Below are positions 9,453 through 21,400 of a stretch of 64,000 nucleotides of DNA, in pieces; position 1 is the stretch's first letter, and each line of letters begins with the position of its first letter. Below the pieces are notes generated by a model, which saw only the letters and a list, made by a program, of their open reading frames with translations, searched no databases and was not told the origin of the DNA. Source of the DNA: a virus; the IMG/VR virus record IMGVR_UViG_3300025127_000017, positions 1 through 64,000 of that record. The stretch is one strand, 5' to 3'. The translations under genes and the position numbers were made by a program.

Positions 9453-10407
9453 TTATATCAATTTTGTAAAGGTTCAAAATAACAGAACAAATGTATATAC
9501 AACTGTTTATGATTTTGAGCATTTTAGTGAAACTGCACAGATTGATTCATCTGCAATACTAGACAGAATATTTTTGGATTTTGACGGACATGATGGCGAC
9601 CTTAAAAATGCATATAGAGATATTAAGGTAATAATGGATTGGGTAATAGAACAAAATATTAGCCATACTTTGTTTTTTTCTGGGAGAGGTTTTCATTTGT
9701 TCTTAGATGGTGAGAGAACTGACAATATAAGAAACATTCAAGCATATTTTAAAGAGATAAAGAATATGCTTATTGAAAAGGTTGGTATTGAAAATACTTT
9801 AGATGATAGAGTAGGGCAAAAGACTCGTTTGAGGCGAGTTCCAAATACTGTTAATATGTCGTCTTCTGATAAGAATGGAAATGCTCTTTTCTGTATTCCT
9901 TTGTTCTATGATGACCTTTCTTTAAGTCTTGATGAATTGATTGTATTAGCATCCAAACCAAGAAGTATTCCTTTCAGAAAGGTGGGTAAAGTCAAGGTCA
10001 AGTTTCCCGAACAACCCCCCATAGATGAAGTAGAAGGCGAAGTTTCCGTTCCGAAGTATGATGGAAAACTCCCACTATTGCCATGTTTGCACAATGCTAT
10101 AATGACGGAGAATCCTTCGCATATGGCGAGAGCATACCTTGTTTCATGGTATAGAGATTTATTGACTCTTGGAACGAATCTCAATTCGTTAGAAGAAAAG
10201 AACAAAGTCCTTGATATGATTGTATCTGAAATTAAAACTTCTTTCGGAGAAAGAGACGATGTATGGTTGGATTGGGATGAAAGCGAAACTCGCAAACACG
10301 CAAGATTTACAGTAAATGGTAATTATAAAACACCGTTCTGTAATAAGTTAATATCAGAAGGATATTGTGTAGGTAAATGTTGGAGGTTTCCAGATGTTAA
10401 TAATTGA
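9367..10407 (+). CDS. Archaeo-eukaryotic primase (PriS-like AEP)
   Basis: AEP motif I is LDFDGHD, motif II is FFSGRGFHLFL and motif III is TRLRRVPNTVN. A Cys-rich C-terminus follows. A GGAGGA SD lies 9 nt before the ATG. Confidence 0.8.
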   Translation: MKFPRAVWAGSHIKNAPQMKRKIVLTKNDYINFVKVQNNRTNVYTTVYDFEHFSETAQIDSSAILDRIFLDFDGHDGDLKNAYRDIKVIMDWVIEQNISHTLFFSGRGFHLFLDGERTDNIRNIQAYFKEIKNMLIEKVGIENTLDDRVGQKTRLRRVPNTVNMSSSDKNGNALFCIPLFYDDLSLSLDELIVLASKPRSIPFRKVGKVKVKFPEQPPIDEVEGEVSVPKYDGKLPLLPCLHNAIMTENPSHMARAYLVSWYRDLLTLGTNLNSLEEKNKVLDMIVSEIKTSFGERDDVWLDWDESETRKHARFTVNGNYKTPFCNKLISEGYCVGKCWRFPDVNN

Positions 10408-11089
10408 TAGTAGAGAAAAAGAAGGTTCAAGATTAGTAAAGTTAGTCGAAGATAAAGCACGAAAATTAAATATAAAGACAGAAAAGAAATGGTTAGAAAT
10501 AGGAGATTATGTATATGATAATGTTTGTTTTGAAGCAAAGTCTGTTGAAGATTTTATTGGGTCTGTAATGTCAAAAAGATTATGGACACAGTTAGATAAT
10601 ATGGATAGACACTATCAAACAAATGTTGTTATTATATATGGAGATTTAGAAGAAGGAATTTGGAAAATTATTGAACACTCAAAAAGCACACTACCAGTAA
10701 AATCAAGATTAATCATGCTAAGAAATAAATTTTTAGGAGCATTAGGAAGAATAACATTAGATATGGATGCAAAGCCATTTTGGGTTCATAGCGAAGAAGA
10801 AGCATCAGACATTATTACAGCAGTATGTAAAATGCAACCAATTAAAAGAGAAAATATAAGACCACAAATATTTAAAAGAATAAGCACCGACGATTTAAGA
10901 TTAGATATTTTAACAAGTATAAAAGGCGTATCCTATAAAAAAGCAAAACTGTTAATAGATAGTTTTGGGTCTGTTATGGAAATAGGAGAACAAACTAGTT
11001 TTGAAATTCAAAAACTAGAAGGGTTTGGAAAAACATTAGCAGACAGAATACTTAACGTATTAAATTCAGAAGATAAGGTGAAAATATGA
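10394..11089 (+). CDS. XPF/Mus81/Hef-family ERCC4 nuclease with a C-terminal (HhH)2 domain
   Basis: The N-terminus reads IIDSREK, and the ERCC4 core is GDYVY...FEAKSVEDF. Two HhH-like units are present (GVSYKKAKLLIDSFG and GFGKTLADRIL). Confidence 0.8.
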   Translation: MLIIDSREKEGSRLVKLVEDKARKLNIKTEKKWLEIGDYVYDNVCFEAKSVEDFIGSVMSKRLWTQLDNMDRHYQTNVVIIYGDLEEGIWKIIEHSKSTLPVKSRLIMLRNKFLGALGRITLDMDAKPFWVHSEEEASDIITAVCKMQPIKRENIRPQIFKRISTDDLRLDILTSIKGVSYKKAKLLIDSFGSVMEIGEQTSFEIQKLEGFGKTLADRILNVLNSEDKVKI

Positions 11090-12540
11090 ATGAAGAAGAA
11101 AGTAACGAAGAAATACTTGAAGAAGTATTTGAAGATAGAAGAACAATGTCAGAATCGCTACCTGCGATTGTAAAGGAGTTTCAGAAATCAGCAACAGAAG
11201 TATCACACTATAATGATGTTCCTGCCGCTATTTCTTTCTTTACTATCTTAGGTCAAATTTCGAAAGACTTTGTGCAAATACCAAAGGGTAGAAATATATC
11301 GGATAGTAGAATCCATTTTTGTTGGATTCAAACATCTGGAACTGGTAAATCAACTCTTTATAACTTTGTAGGGCCAATTGCTAAATCAGTCTTTAAAAAG
11401 ATAAATGAAACACAAGCACACCCTAGAGCAGTAAGGAATGATATTGCAATACCAAAAAACTTTGATACCTTTTCATTGGTTGATTATACAGATGCATCTC
11501 TTATTGGTTATTATAAGAAAGTATTTGATGAAGATGGTAATGATGATTGGGAAAGAATTGCAGGGGCTCTAGAAGGAAGTGGTTTGGCTCATTGGGATGA
11601 GTTTGAATATTCTGGAGTATTTAAAGCAACACAACACAAAGAAAGTTCCATTGTATATTTGAATACTCTAATGAATACCTTAGCAGGTGAATCATGGATT
11701 ATTACAAAGAAACTGAAAGAAGGTGATGTAATGGAATGTTTCTGTGAACGCTCGGTAATGGCTATGACATATCCTCCAAAGAACTTAGAGGATGTAATGG
11801 CTGAAAAAGGTGTGCTTCAAAGAATGTTGGTGTTTGTTTGGGGAGTAGATGATAAGACTCAAGACACAATGAGAAGAGAACAAATAGCATTAGCGGGTAA
11901 ATATGTTGAAGTTAGTCAACCTATTGAAAGATTTGCCAATGCTATATTTAATATCTATTCGACAATAAAGGAACGATATGAAGAAGTAGGGCGCAATCCT
12001 TTAGATACAATGACGTATTCTAAAGAGTTTAATGACGCTTTGCTTTTTGAATATGAGAATATGCATGAGTTTATTCAAAGCAAGCGTAAAGAAGTAAAAG
12101 AGATTGCAGGAAACTTTACTACTAGATTAATGGAAACATTGATGAAGTTAAGCGTATTATGTTCTATTGCACAAAGTCCTTCAATTAAAGATAAAAGCAA
12201 GCGATTCATTGTAACGGGTAATAATGTCCGTCAAGCGTCAGCAATTGTCCGACAATGCTATAAGTCATTGGTGGATTGGCTAACTGATAGCCTCCGAGTT
12301 CGACGCAAGACACTTGAGGAAAAGAGCATGATTCCATCTTTTATTAAGGTATTCTTAGAAATGGATAAAGACGAAGAAGGCTTTATAAGCAAGAAATTAT
12401 ACCTTGATAGGGTTCAAAAGGAAACAAAAAAGAGCCAACCTAGTATTTACAACTATTACAAAACAATCTCTCATAAGTTTGAAGAAGATAAGGTTGGCCG
12501 TTCAGTATTCGTAAAATATAAAGGAGATGAAAAAGAATGA
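11086..12540 (+). CDS. AAA+ ATPase, putative replicative helicase (degenerate MCM-like)
   Basis: Walker A is TSGTGKST and Walker B-like is HWDEFE. An LQRMLVF segment resembles the MCM arginine-finger region. The gene sits next to the primase. The family assignment is uncertain. Confidence 0.5.
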   Translation: MNEEESNEEILEEVFEDRRTMSESLPAIVKEFQKSATEVSHYNDVPAAISFFTILGQISKDFVQIPKGRNISDSRIHFCWIQTSGTGKSTLYNFVGPIAKSVFKKINETQAHPRAVRNDIAIPKNFDTFSLVDYTDASLIGYYKKVFDEDGNDDWERIAGALEGSGLAHWDEFEYSGVFKATQHKESSIVYLNTLMNTLAGESWIITKKLKEGDVMECFCERSVMAMTYPPKNLEDVMAEKGVLQRMLVFVWGVDDKTQDTMRREQIALAGKYVEVSQPIERFANAIFNIYSTIKERYEEVGRNPLDTMTYSKEFNDALLFEYENMHEFIQSKRKEVKEIAGNFTTRLMETLMKLSVLCSIAQSPSIKDKSKRFIVTGNNVRQASAIVRQCYKSLVDWLTDSLRVRRKTLEEKSMIPSFIKVFLEMDKDEEGFISKKLYLDRVQKETKKSQPSIYNYYKTISHKFEEDKVGRSVFVKYKGDEKE

Positions 12541-12758
12541 AGTGGGAAAACACATACCTTGTTTTTGAGGTAGCAAAAGGGCCAAAAGTAATTATTGAAT
12601 CTTTAGATACATATGGTGCTGATGGTTGGGAATGTTGTTCTATGCTAACGGTAGCAGGAAATAACATTGTTTGCTTCTTAAAGAGAAGAACAGATGTTGA
12701 AGAAGATAAAGGTGATGATGAACAACAGAAGATTTCTAAACTTTGGCAACAGGATTGA
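12537..12758 (+). CDS. Hypothetical small protein (73 aa, GADGWE motif)
   Basis: It is ATGA-coupled to the upstream gene. Its composition is typical of the coding sequence here. Confidence 0.5.
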   Translation: MKWENTYLVFEVAKGPKVIIESLDTYGADGWECCSMLTVAGNNIVCFLKRRTDVEEDKGDDEQQKISKLWQQD

Positions 12759-12763
12759 TAACT

Positions 12764-13357
12764 ATGTCTGTAATGGCTATTGACTTAGAAACTAAGAATA
12801 TGTCTTATGACATAGGCGGTTTTGGTAATACGCATATGTTTCAAGTATCAACAGTTGCTACATGGGATGGAAATACTGGAACTGTTTATGTCGATGAACC
12901 TGTTGATTCTTTCTCTAAATCGGGTCATGTAATTAAAACAATTAGGGAATTGAAATATGACTTAGATGAACACTTGCAAAAAGGTGGATTATTACTAGGA
13001 CATAATATTGCTTCATTTGATTTACCAATTCTTAGGGATTCATTAGATATATTCTGCATCAATAAATACCTTGATGAAAAGAAATATATTGATACAAGCA
13101 GAATCTTAAATAAAGAACATGGTGAAAGATTTCAACTGAGTAATTTAGTTAAATGTACTATGGATGACTCAAAACTCATGGATAGTGCTGATGCACCTAA
13201 ATTATGGAAGATGGGTAGATATGATGAAGTAGTAGAGTATTGTATGAAAGATACTCAACTAGTCTATGATTTATGGAAGTATGGACAGGGTAATGGTTTA
13301 GTTAAAGCATTTTCTGTTGAACAGGAACAATTTGTTGAATTGGGAGTTGATTGGTAA
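12764..13357 (+). CDS. DEDD-family 3'-5' exonuclease (DnaQ-like)
   Basis: Exo I is AIDLET, Exo II is GHNIASFDLPIL and Exo III is YCMKD. The ATG at 12764 lies after the upstream stop. The track start at 12743 is a TTG. Confidence 0.75.
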   Translation: MSVMAIDLETKNMSYDIGGFGNTHMFQVSTVATWDGNTGTVYVDEPVDSFSKSGHVIKTIRELKYDLDEHLQKGGLLLGHNIASFDLPILRDSLDIFCINKYLDEKKYIDTSRILNKEHGERFQLSNLVKCTMDDSKLMDSADAPKLWKMGRYDEVVEYCMKDTQLVYDLWKYGQGNGLVKAFSVEQEQFVELGVDW

Positions 13358-13506
13358 TGGAAGGCTGGGATTGGTTCTTTCTTCTTATTTTCTTAACAGT
13401 TCTCTTATTGCTCTTTTTCGCTGCATTTGGTGGAACAAATATCACCGATGACAGCGTTGAAGATTATATGAGAAGATTGATGAGAAATAAGGAAGGCGAA
13501 CAATGA
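13357..13506 (+). CDS. Hypothetical small membrane protein (49 aa, one TM)
   Basis: I translated this ORF by hand: MEGWDWFFLLIFLTVLLLLFFAAFGG.... It overlaps the upstream stop as TAATG. Confidence 0.4.
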   Translation: MEGWDWFFLLIFLTVLLLLFFAAFGGTNITDDSVEDYMRRLMRNKEGEQ

Positions 13507-13646
13507 GTTTGAAACAAACTTGTCGTTATTGTGGCGAAGACACATTAGCGAAGCGTTTAGTCGGATTCTATGTAGGCTCGACTGAACAGATTAAACTTTG
13601 GGAATGTAGGTCTTGTTACAAGATTTGGTCACTAAAAACGCATTAA
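13503..13646 (+). CDS. Hypothetical zinc-ribbon protein (47 aa)
   Basis: I translated this ORF by hand. It contains CRYCG...CRSC (CxxC-x19-CxxC), is ATGA-coupled, and is followed directly by the terminator hairpin. Confidence 0.45.
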   Translation: MSLKQTCRYCGEDTLAKRLVGFYVGSTEQIKLWECRSCYKIWSLKTH

Positions 13647-13688
13647 GGGGCGAGGTAACTTTAGGGTTGCCTCGCCCCGCTTTTTTTT
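13647..13688 (+). terminator. Hairpin plus T8 terminator closing the plus-strand replication module
   Basis: GGGGCGAGG (13647-13655) pairs with CCTCGCCCC (13670-13678), and the stem can extend to about 13 bp. TTTTTTTT follows at 13681-13688. The site lies where the two convergent gene blocks meet. Confidence 0.7.
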
Positions 13689-13694
13689 GGATTT

Positions 13695-13775
13695 TTATAT
13701 ATCATCTAGGGTTGCTAACCATGTTGCAAGAAAGCCACAGATAAAGGCTATAATCACCAATGCCAACAATTTCAT
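13695..13775 (-). CDS. Possible 26-aa hydrophobic peptide (MKLLALVIIAFICGFLATWLATLDDI)
   Basis: I translated this ORF by hand. A GTGAT SD-like sequence lies just after the stop of the fiber gene. The ORF is very short, so support is weak. Confidence 0.2.
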   Translation of the reverse strand: MKLLALVIIAFICGFLATWLATLDDI

Positions 13776-13779
13776 ATAA

Positions 13780-15126
13780 TCACAAAATTAGACCATACAG
13801 TTGCAAAGCATCAATTAGTGCATCTAATTTATTTTCAAGAGCAGTTATCGCTGCTTGGGTGCTTGTGATTTCTGCGGCTGATGCACTACTTGGAACATCA
13901 GGATTAATTACTGCTGAAGAAGAAATATTTCCTACACTCACCCTATCTACGGCAGTTGCTCCAAAGAAGCCCATTTGTTTATTTCCTGTTGCACTACTGC
14001 TTGCTCTTGATAAAGAAAGAATAGCGTCACTTGCGGCAACTAATTGCGTAGCAATATTACCAAAAGAAATATCAAATTGACCACCATCTCTTTGTGCAAT
14101 TTGCCAGATAGGGTCATCAATAGTAGAAGAATCGGAAGCATTTTCATTTTGAATTTGAATATGACCATATTTATTGATTCTAATATTGCCTTCATTTCCT
14201 CTTAGTCTAAATGGAAAGTTATCCGTTGTTTCTACAATATCTAATCTATGTTGTGGAGCAGCAATTCCAATACCTACTCTATCATTTGCAGCATCTACCA
14301 CTAAGGAATTAGTATCAACAGTTAAATCTTTACCTGCTGCGATTGTTACATCGCCAGTTAAGGCAAGAGTACCTGTAACTGCTTCAACAGCCGAAACAGC
14401 ATCAGCGTCAGTATAACCAGATAAAGCAGAAACAAGTACAGTTTTGATTTTATCAGAATCATCTGTGTCTTGAATAATTACTTTATCATCTGTTGCAACA
14501 GTAGCCGTAGGTAAAGTATCTAGTTTGTATAATCCTGTCATGGTGATTCCATTACTATCTCCTGTTAAAGAACCTGCTTCGTTATAAATTTGATTAGGCG
14601 AAGAACCAGTAGAATAGCCTATACTTAAACTATTTTCAAATTTACCTGTTGTCAAGAATTGAATCTGCATACTTCCTAAAGCAGCAGTAGACGAATTAAA
14701 CATAATTACTGCAATAATAGTATCTCCTTCTGTATATTCTGGAACTTTATCCGCAGTAGAAATGCCATGTTTTCTAATTTGTAATGTATTAGAAGAATCA
14801 GCAACTAATAAATGATAATAACTATTACCTCCCGTTGAAGTATCAAATGCACTTGAAGTAAAGTTTGTATCAGCCCCGCTAGAAGGAATGGTGTGTAAAG
14901 CCCCATCACGGTAAATTTTACCAGATTTTACAACAACAACATTTCCAGACGTTGCTTGAGTTATATCAAAGTCTGTTACTGAACCCTTCAAAGCCATATT
15001 TCCTTTGCCCATAAGACTTAATGCTTTAATTAAACCTGTATGCGGAAAATCTGTATTATCAGTTATTTGTGCAAAAGTTACGCCTGTTGTTTGTGTGCTA
15101 AATTGGTGCGGGTTTTCGTCTGCCAT
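13780..15126 (-). CDS. Tail fiber / receptor-binding protein
   Basis: This is the last gene of the tail block. It carries the motifs NDRVGIGIAAPQHRLDI and MGFFGATAV and ends with a coiled coil plus ...LQLYGLIL. As far as I recall, these resemble conserved C-terminal modules of phage fibers. Confidence 0.6.
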   Translation of the reverse strand: MADENPHQFSTQTTGVTFAQITDNTDFPHTGLIKALSLMGKGNMALKGSVTDFDITQATSGNVVVVKSGKIYRDGALHTIPSSGADTNFTSSAFDTSTGGNSYYHLLVADSSNTLQIRKHGISTADKVPEYTEGDTIIAVIMFNSSTAALGSMQIQFLTTGKFENSLSIGYSTGSSPNQIYNEAGSLTGDSNGITMTGLYKLDTLPTATVATDDKVIIQDTDDSDKIKTVLVSALSGYTDADAVSAVEAVTGTLALTGDVTIAAGKDLTVDTNSLVVDAANDRVGIGIAAPQHRLDIVETTDNFPFRLRGNEGNIRINKYGHIQIQNENASDSSTIDDPIWQIAQRDGGQFDISFGNIATQLVAASDAILSLSRASSSATGNKQMGFFGATAVDRVSVGNISSSAVINPDVPSSASAAEITSTQAAITALENKLDALIDALQLYGLIL

Positions 15127-15127
15127 A

Positions 15128-15475
15128 TCATTCCACCTCTATTGTTAAGAATAGTTCTAAATCTTCGGTTGAAGAAAAAGGGCCGACTCCATCGAAATTA
15201 ACCCTTGCTAGAAGATTAGAACTAGAATCAAAAATACCAAACTCTCTAATTACTTTACCCGTCATTGAGGAAGCCGAACCGTCGAATATCGCTTGAACTT
15301 CAATCACATTTGTATCGGATTTAACTGCGGCAAATGTAGAGGTTGAAGTAGTTAAAGGAACATCTAAGGTTGTAGCGGCAGGACTTGTCGAATTACCCCC
15401 TTGTCCTATTTTACCATTGTTTATGGTAGTTCGTATGTTTGTTGCTACTAATTCTTTCAGTTTGTCTGTAATCAT
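15128..15475 (-). CDS. Hypothetical virion (tail-tip) protein, 115 aa
   Basis: It lies between the giant tail protein and the fiber and is coupled to both. Confidence 0.55.
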   Translation of the reverse strand: MITDKLKELVATNIRTTINNGKIGQGGNSTSPAATTLDVPLTTSTSTFAAVKSDTNVIEVQAIFDGSASSMTGKVIREFGIFDSSSNLLARVNFDGVGPFSSTEDLELFLTIEVE

Positions 15476-18400
15476 ATTAATTCCTCATCTATCAAAGTAG
15501 TAAATGTAATGCCTGTTCCGACCCCATGACCAAGCGTATTTGTTCCCGTATTTAACGTTGTTCCAAAACCTAACTTGAATGTTCCCGAAGACGTTCTCTT
15601 TCTAGCAAATAGTCTTATTTGATTAATTTTAACTTCTTCTAAAAAGTCTAGACTTTCTGATTCTTTAAAAGATTCGTTTCTCAATTGGGAATTAATCTTT
15701 TTATTTTGTATAATCAAATCAGCAAATCTATCTTCCAAACCCTTGCTATACTTTCCTAGTTCTAATACCATTAATCCAGTAAGCAAATATTCTATTTGTA
15801 ATACCATGAATTGAGAAAGCGGAATATTTTCTCTAGGTATTTCGACATTGATTATATCTCCTACCTTTATTTGTGAAATCTTAGAATGTCCGACAGTAAT
15901 CTTTAGTTTCTTATTCGATGAAGAATGTAATTTAAGTAATGCCGATGCTTCTTTATTTACATCTTCTTGCGTTGTAAGTTCAGCGTTAAATACTTCAAAT
16001 GCCTTAAGTCCGACCTTGTTAATACTACTTATGTCCTTCCTAATCTTTTTATGATTTCTTCCGTAAACGGTAATTTGATTATAGAAATTAAACATATTCT
16101 TTGATTCTTCAAAATCAAATATCTGATACTCTCCCGTTTCATTAAGAACAATACCCTTAAAGAAATCATTTGCTAATCTATCTTTGATTTTAAACGTGCC
16201 ATTTTCTTCAAAGAGAGTTAAGTCTTTTTGTTCTAGTAAGAAGTTAATTGCTGAAAATAAATCAACTCCTTGATAATTAGGTGCTAAGTATAATGGATAA
16301 TCTTGTGTTTCTAAATCAAAGGTAATATTATTCTCTTCCATTAATTCATTGATAAGTTCTTCTGTTTCATTTGCAATTGTAGCGGTTGTACCAATGTATG
16401 CTCTATTAGGAACTATTTCTAGTGTTCCTCTCGATTGAACAGTAAAGGTTTCACTAAGGGAAACAATTCCTTTACAAAAGAAAGTTTCAGAAAATGTAGA
16501 ATAGTATTTCTTATCTGTATCTTGTTTTCTATTTACTGAAATAGATATTTTTTTATTATGTTCTCCATCGCTGGCATATAAAGAATAAGTATTTTCTTGT
16601 GGAAATAATTCAGTGTATATTTTATCTATATCCCTAATTACTATATAGTCATCTGTTGTTTGTTTATCAATATCTACTGCTACATACATTGATAGTATTC
16701 CTTCATTTTCTCTATGGTCTTTAATGTTCTGTTGATAAAGATATGAAGAGTTATTTTTATATGTTTCATTTGAGTTGGCTTTTTTTGTGTAGCGGCTTGA
16801 TAATTTATTAAACACAATATCTTCTGGAGTAAAATTATACATGCACACTTCATTTGGTTGCATTAGTCTATATGCCCTATCATTAGTCAATTCTTTATCT
16901 GTGATTAAAACGTGATTAGTGTGATTAGATACGTCAATTTCATGAGAGATAACATATATTATTTCTTCGGGAATAGATTCGTTTAAGTAAGCAACCGTCG
17001 TTTGAGTCCCTGTATCTCCCTCTACTGCGTCCTTTTCCATGATTAAATAACATCCTGTTAAATCAACAAATTCTAAAAATGCATTTGCATTAGTCGCATC
17101 CATTGTATTTTTCCTAATAGTTCCATTTGATGAGTTTAGTGTGGTGTTTGCTGTCCTAGAAGAAGAACTGACCCATAAGCGACACTTAAAGCCTAAAACT
17201 ATTCCATCTGCTACAAAAGGAATAGAATCAGAATGAGTATTTGCAGATGTATCAATGGCGTTGCTAAAGTCTTTAAAGTGTAAATTACTTTTAATAATGT
17301 GGAAACTTTCAGTAGAATCATTTGTAGTTAAAACGTCTGAAACATTCCCTGCTTCTAATTTGAATTTTCCGCCATCTTCTATGTCATATCTATCCAAGCA
17401 AACCGCTATTGTTCCTTTGTAATAATCACTTGCTATGTTTGAAATTAGACCGCTAAAAACTCTAAATGGGTGAGTATCTGCACTAAATGATGATATAGCA
17501 GTCCCATCTCTAATTGGTAAAAATATCTCAGAGTCCGATGGTAAGGAAATATCTGCATTAGAGTTTTGTGAAAAAGCAGTTCCTTGAGTTTTACCATATT
17601 GTGATAATGACGGAATAACTGCTCCTGCATGTTTTTTAACTAAATTAGACGACCTTGTTCCATATAAATTTTCACCTCTAACAATTATTTGTGGAATATG
17701 TGACCCTGTTTGTGTTACAGCAAAAATATTGTCAGTCGTTAATGCTGCATCTTCGCCAGTATAAAAAACATCAGAAGCAAGAGTATGATTATTTGAACTT
17801 GAAGCACTTGGGGCAGTTCCTATAAAGTTACCTCTAGCATCAACTAAAAGAGTAGAACTTGAAAATGATACAGCAGAATTAAAGACAATGACTCTAGTAT
17901 TTCCAGCCCCATGTTGCGAAAGAGTAGAAGAAACATTTATTGTTCCAATATCTGTATATGCAAAGGTTCTATAAAAAGTAAATAAATTTGTGCTACTATT
18001 AACGTTTTGTTCTATATCTATTTCTTTTTCTGGATTAAACGGATTGAAGGCATAGTCGAAACACATTTCTGTCAATCTCATCATTCCACATCTTTTGATA
18101 GAGTTAGAAAAATCGCTAGAAGTAATGACGTTAGTGCTATAATTAGTATCTTGTAATTTGATTCTATTTCCTGTTTCATCTCCAAGAGCATTATCTTCTA
18201 TTGACTTGTCTTGTAATAGTAACACATTGTAGTTAGTAATGTCTTTACTTCCATTAAATAAACTATCTTTTCTTAAAGAAGAATAGGGCAATATATCAGA
18301 ATTTATGTATAAAAATAATCTCAGAAATGAATTGTCTGTATTTTCTAATGCGTTTTTTCTAAATATATGAGCATTAAAATCACTAAGAGGACTTAATCCA

Positions 18401-21400
18401 TAAAATGGTAATGCTCTTGTTTTGACACTATTTGTGTGAAATATAGTGTCTGTGAAGTTAGAACCAAATACTCCAACTTTTCCTCTCTCATCGTAATACC
18501 AATGTTTATCAGAAGAATTAGTTTTACCTCTTATAGTTACATTTGAACTTCCTGTTTTGGGCTTAAATTGATATACTTCGCTTAAATAGTTTATTTTAGA
18601 AACATTCTTTGCATAAGTATTTAATTGGTGAATAGCAATGCTGCTAGTTATTGGAAGGCCAGCAACCGCATTAAAGTAATTAAAATTACCCAAAGCCACA
18701 GAATTTAGTCTATACATAGGTTGTCCGAATTTTTTAAATATATCTTCATTTGTATTATGTGGATTTTGATGATTCAAAGGGACTGAACCTGTTGATGTTA
18801 TCTTAGGATGAGGCAATGTTATTATTTTACCTGTTGCTAAGTGTTTTCCGTTAATAAAAGATAGTTCTTGCATATCAGCATTTAAATGATAAATTGTTAT
18901 TCCAGCAGAATATGTAACGTCTCTATCTAAGTGAAATACTACTGAGTTTTGAGAACTAGTTTTTGTAAAACTTATAAATCTTAAAATGCCCATAAATATA
19001 TAATTTTCAGAATCTAATCTAAATACTGGCTCTCCAACTTTAGCATTTGTCCAAGCAGTTGAAGTAGTATTTGTAACTAAAAGATTTAATGCAAATGCTT
19101 TCGCTGTTGAACTAAATGTTTCTCTTGCTATCAATTCTCCTATTGCCGTTACCGAAGAATTTTCGTCAGTATTTAAAAATTTAGGGATTTTTCTTCCTAA
19201 AGTAATAGGAACATATGGTGCTAGTTCAATTTCAGTTATTCCTTCCTTGCTGTTAGTATTTACTACTTCAAAATCAATTAAAGTATTGACAGTATCAAAC
19301 GAAGAATCTGATTCACTACCAATTTCGTCTACAAATTTTGCTTGGAAAGCATTATCGTTTTTAATAGATATAGGGTCATTAATATGATAACCAATTGCTT
19401 TAGGATTGGTATTAATGCTACTTCCAACTAAATCGTTTCCTTCTGAACCATCAGACATTGTGATTTCTTTACCACTTGTAAAGAAAACTCCTTTTCCCGC
19501 AGAACCACTTAATGAAGTAGGATTTACTGATGCAAGATGAGATGAACTCAATGCTTTGTTAAATATATAATTTTTGTCTGTTTCTACATATACTCTTTCA
19601 GAATGAACTTTAGTTAATGAAGGAGTAAATGTTAGATTCCAATGTGCTGAACCATCAGGAACGGCAGTGAGAACTTCACCTATATATCCATTTACTGTAA
19701 ATAATCTATCTCCTACTAATGGAATAACTGTTAAAGAACTAGCAATAACTCCTGTATTTAGAGACGTTCCTCCTAAAGCAATTGTATAATTAACTGCTCT
19801 TATTTCACTTAATGTATTATATGGACTCAAAGTAGAATAAATAATATCTTCTGAAAAGGCAGTGTCTTTATTAATAATCGGCCCAAACAATTTACTAATG
19901 TCGCTTCTTCCAGATAGTTCTACATAATTTTGTGAATCTTCTTTATATGAATCAACCTTTTCAATTGTTCCAGAAAATCTTTCTACTTCTATGTGGTAAG
20001 AACCTAAAGAATATCTAAGTGAAGAATCAGAAGAATAACTTTGAGAATTAGAACTTAATGTAATTAGTCCATGAGTAGCATCAACAGCAGTTACAGACGA
20101 TTCAATAAACTCCATATCTTTTGACATAGTTTTAACATATAGTTCCGAACTCCTACCTGCAAGTAGATTGAATGAAGTTAGAATTGTATTATCTTGGTAA
20201 TTATAAGCCCTTCTCTGTAATGTTCCTGTTAAGGAAGTCAAACTGGTTGAATTAGTAAAAGAGGATTCTGTTTCTAATCTACTGTATTCTTCAAATTTAA
20301 TTACAGAAGATGTAATAATCGCACATATTAAAATTCTATTACCAATCCTAATCTCATCTCCTACATTAATAAAATTAGTTGCATCAGAATAATCAGTTAT
20401 TAAATTATATCTAGCATCACTAAAAGTTGTAATAAGAGAACCTAATGTAATTTTCATATCAACGAATTCATTCAAATCTCCTGTAAATACTCTATGTCTG
20501 ACTCTATACTTATCGAACTCAGTAATTTTGCTTGTAAGCATTCTACTAGGATTCATAATCTTGGTTTCACAAAAACCTCCACGATTTCCAATAGACTGTT
20601 CTAATTTATTATCAATTACGTTATCTAATACGTTGACTTTTGTTGGAGAAAAATCATAATGTAAATATCTGATTGGGCCTTCATTAACAATTTGAGAAGT
20701 TGGATTTATTAAATCATCATTATCTCTTCTAGCATTAGGAAAAGCATCGTCATAATCAGTATAGTCTAAACTGTTGATAGTATTACCTTCATTAGAAGTG
20801 TGTGTGCTTGGATTATCTAAATCTTTTAACTTATCAACTAAAGTCAATTGCATTGAATATTTGCTATAATCTAAAATTTTATTTGAAAACTCTTGTTCTG
20901 TGACAAATGTATATTCTTCTGAATTGGTATCTAGTGTAGTCGTACCCCCACTATCTGTTTTGTTCAGTCTAACAAAGTATTTTGTATTGTGGTCTAACTC
21001 ATTCTTTTTATTTAAAGAAGATTCTAGCAGATGAAATAATGGAGATGAAACAACAAGAGAGGCTTTTAGGTCTTGCTTAATACCTGCTGAAAAAGCAATT
21101 GCAGTAGTAGTTAATGCTGGGCCTTTAAATAACATAAACTTTGTATCTTTAGGTATTTCTTTACCTAATGCTGGTGTAAATTCAAAGGCATCTCCAACGA
21201 CATCTTCTGTAATGATGTCTGTTACTCTCGCAAAATGATGCTTTAGGTGGTCATCCGAATGTATCAAGACAAAGTAATGAAAGGTACTATCATAATCACC
21301 ACCTGTTAATTGAACACCTGTTGAAGTAATACTATCAAAACATTTGATTCTAAAACCCTTTGTAGTTTGTAAATTGTTTCTTTCTGTATTTTCACTAGAT

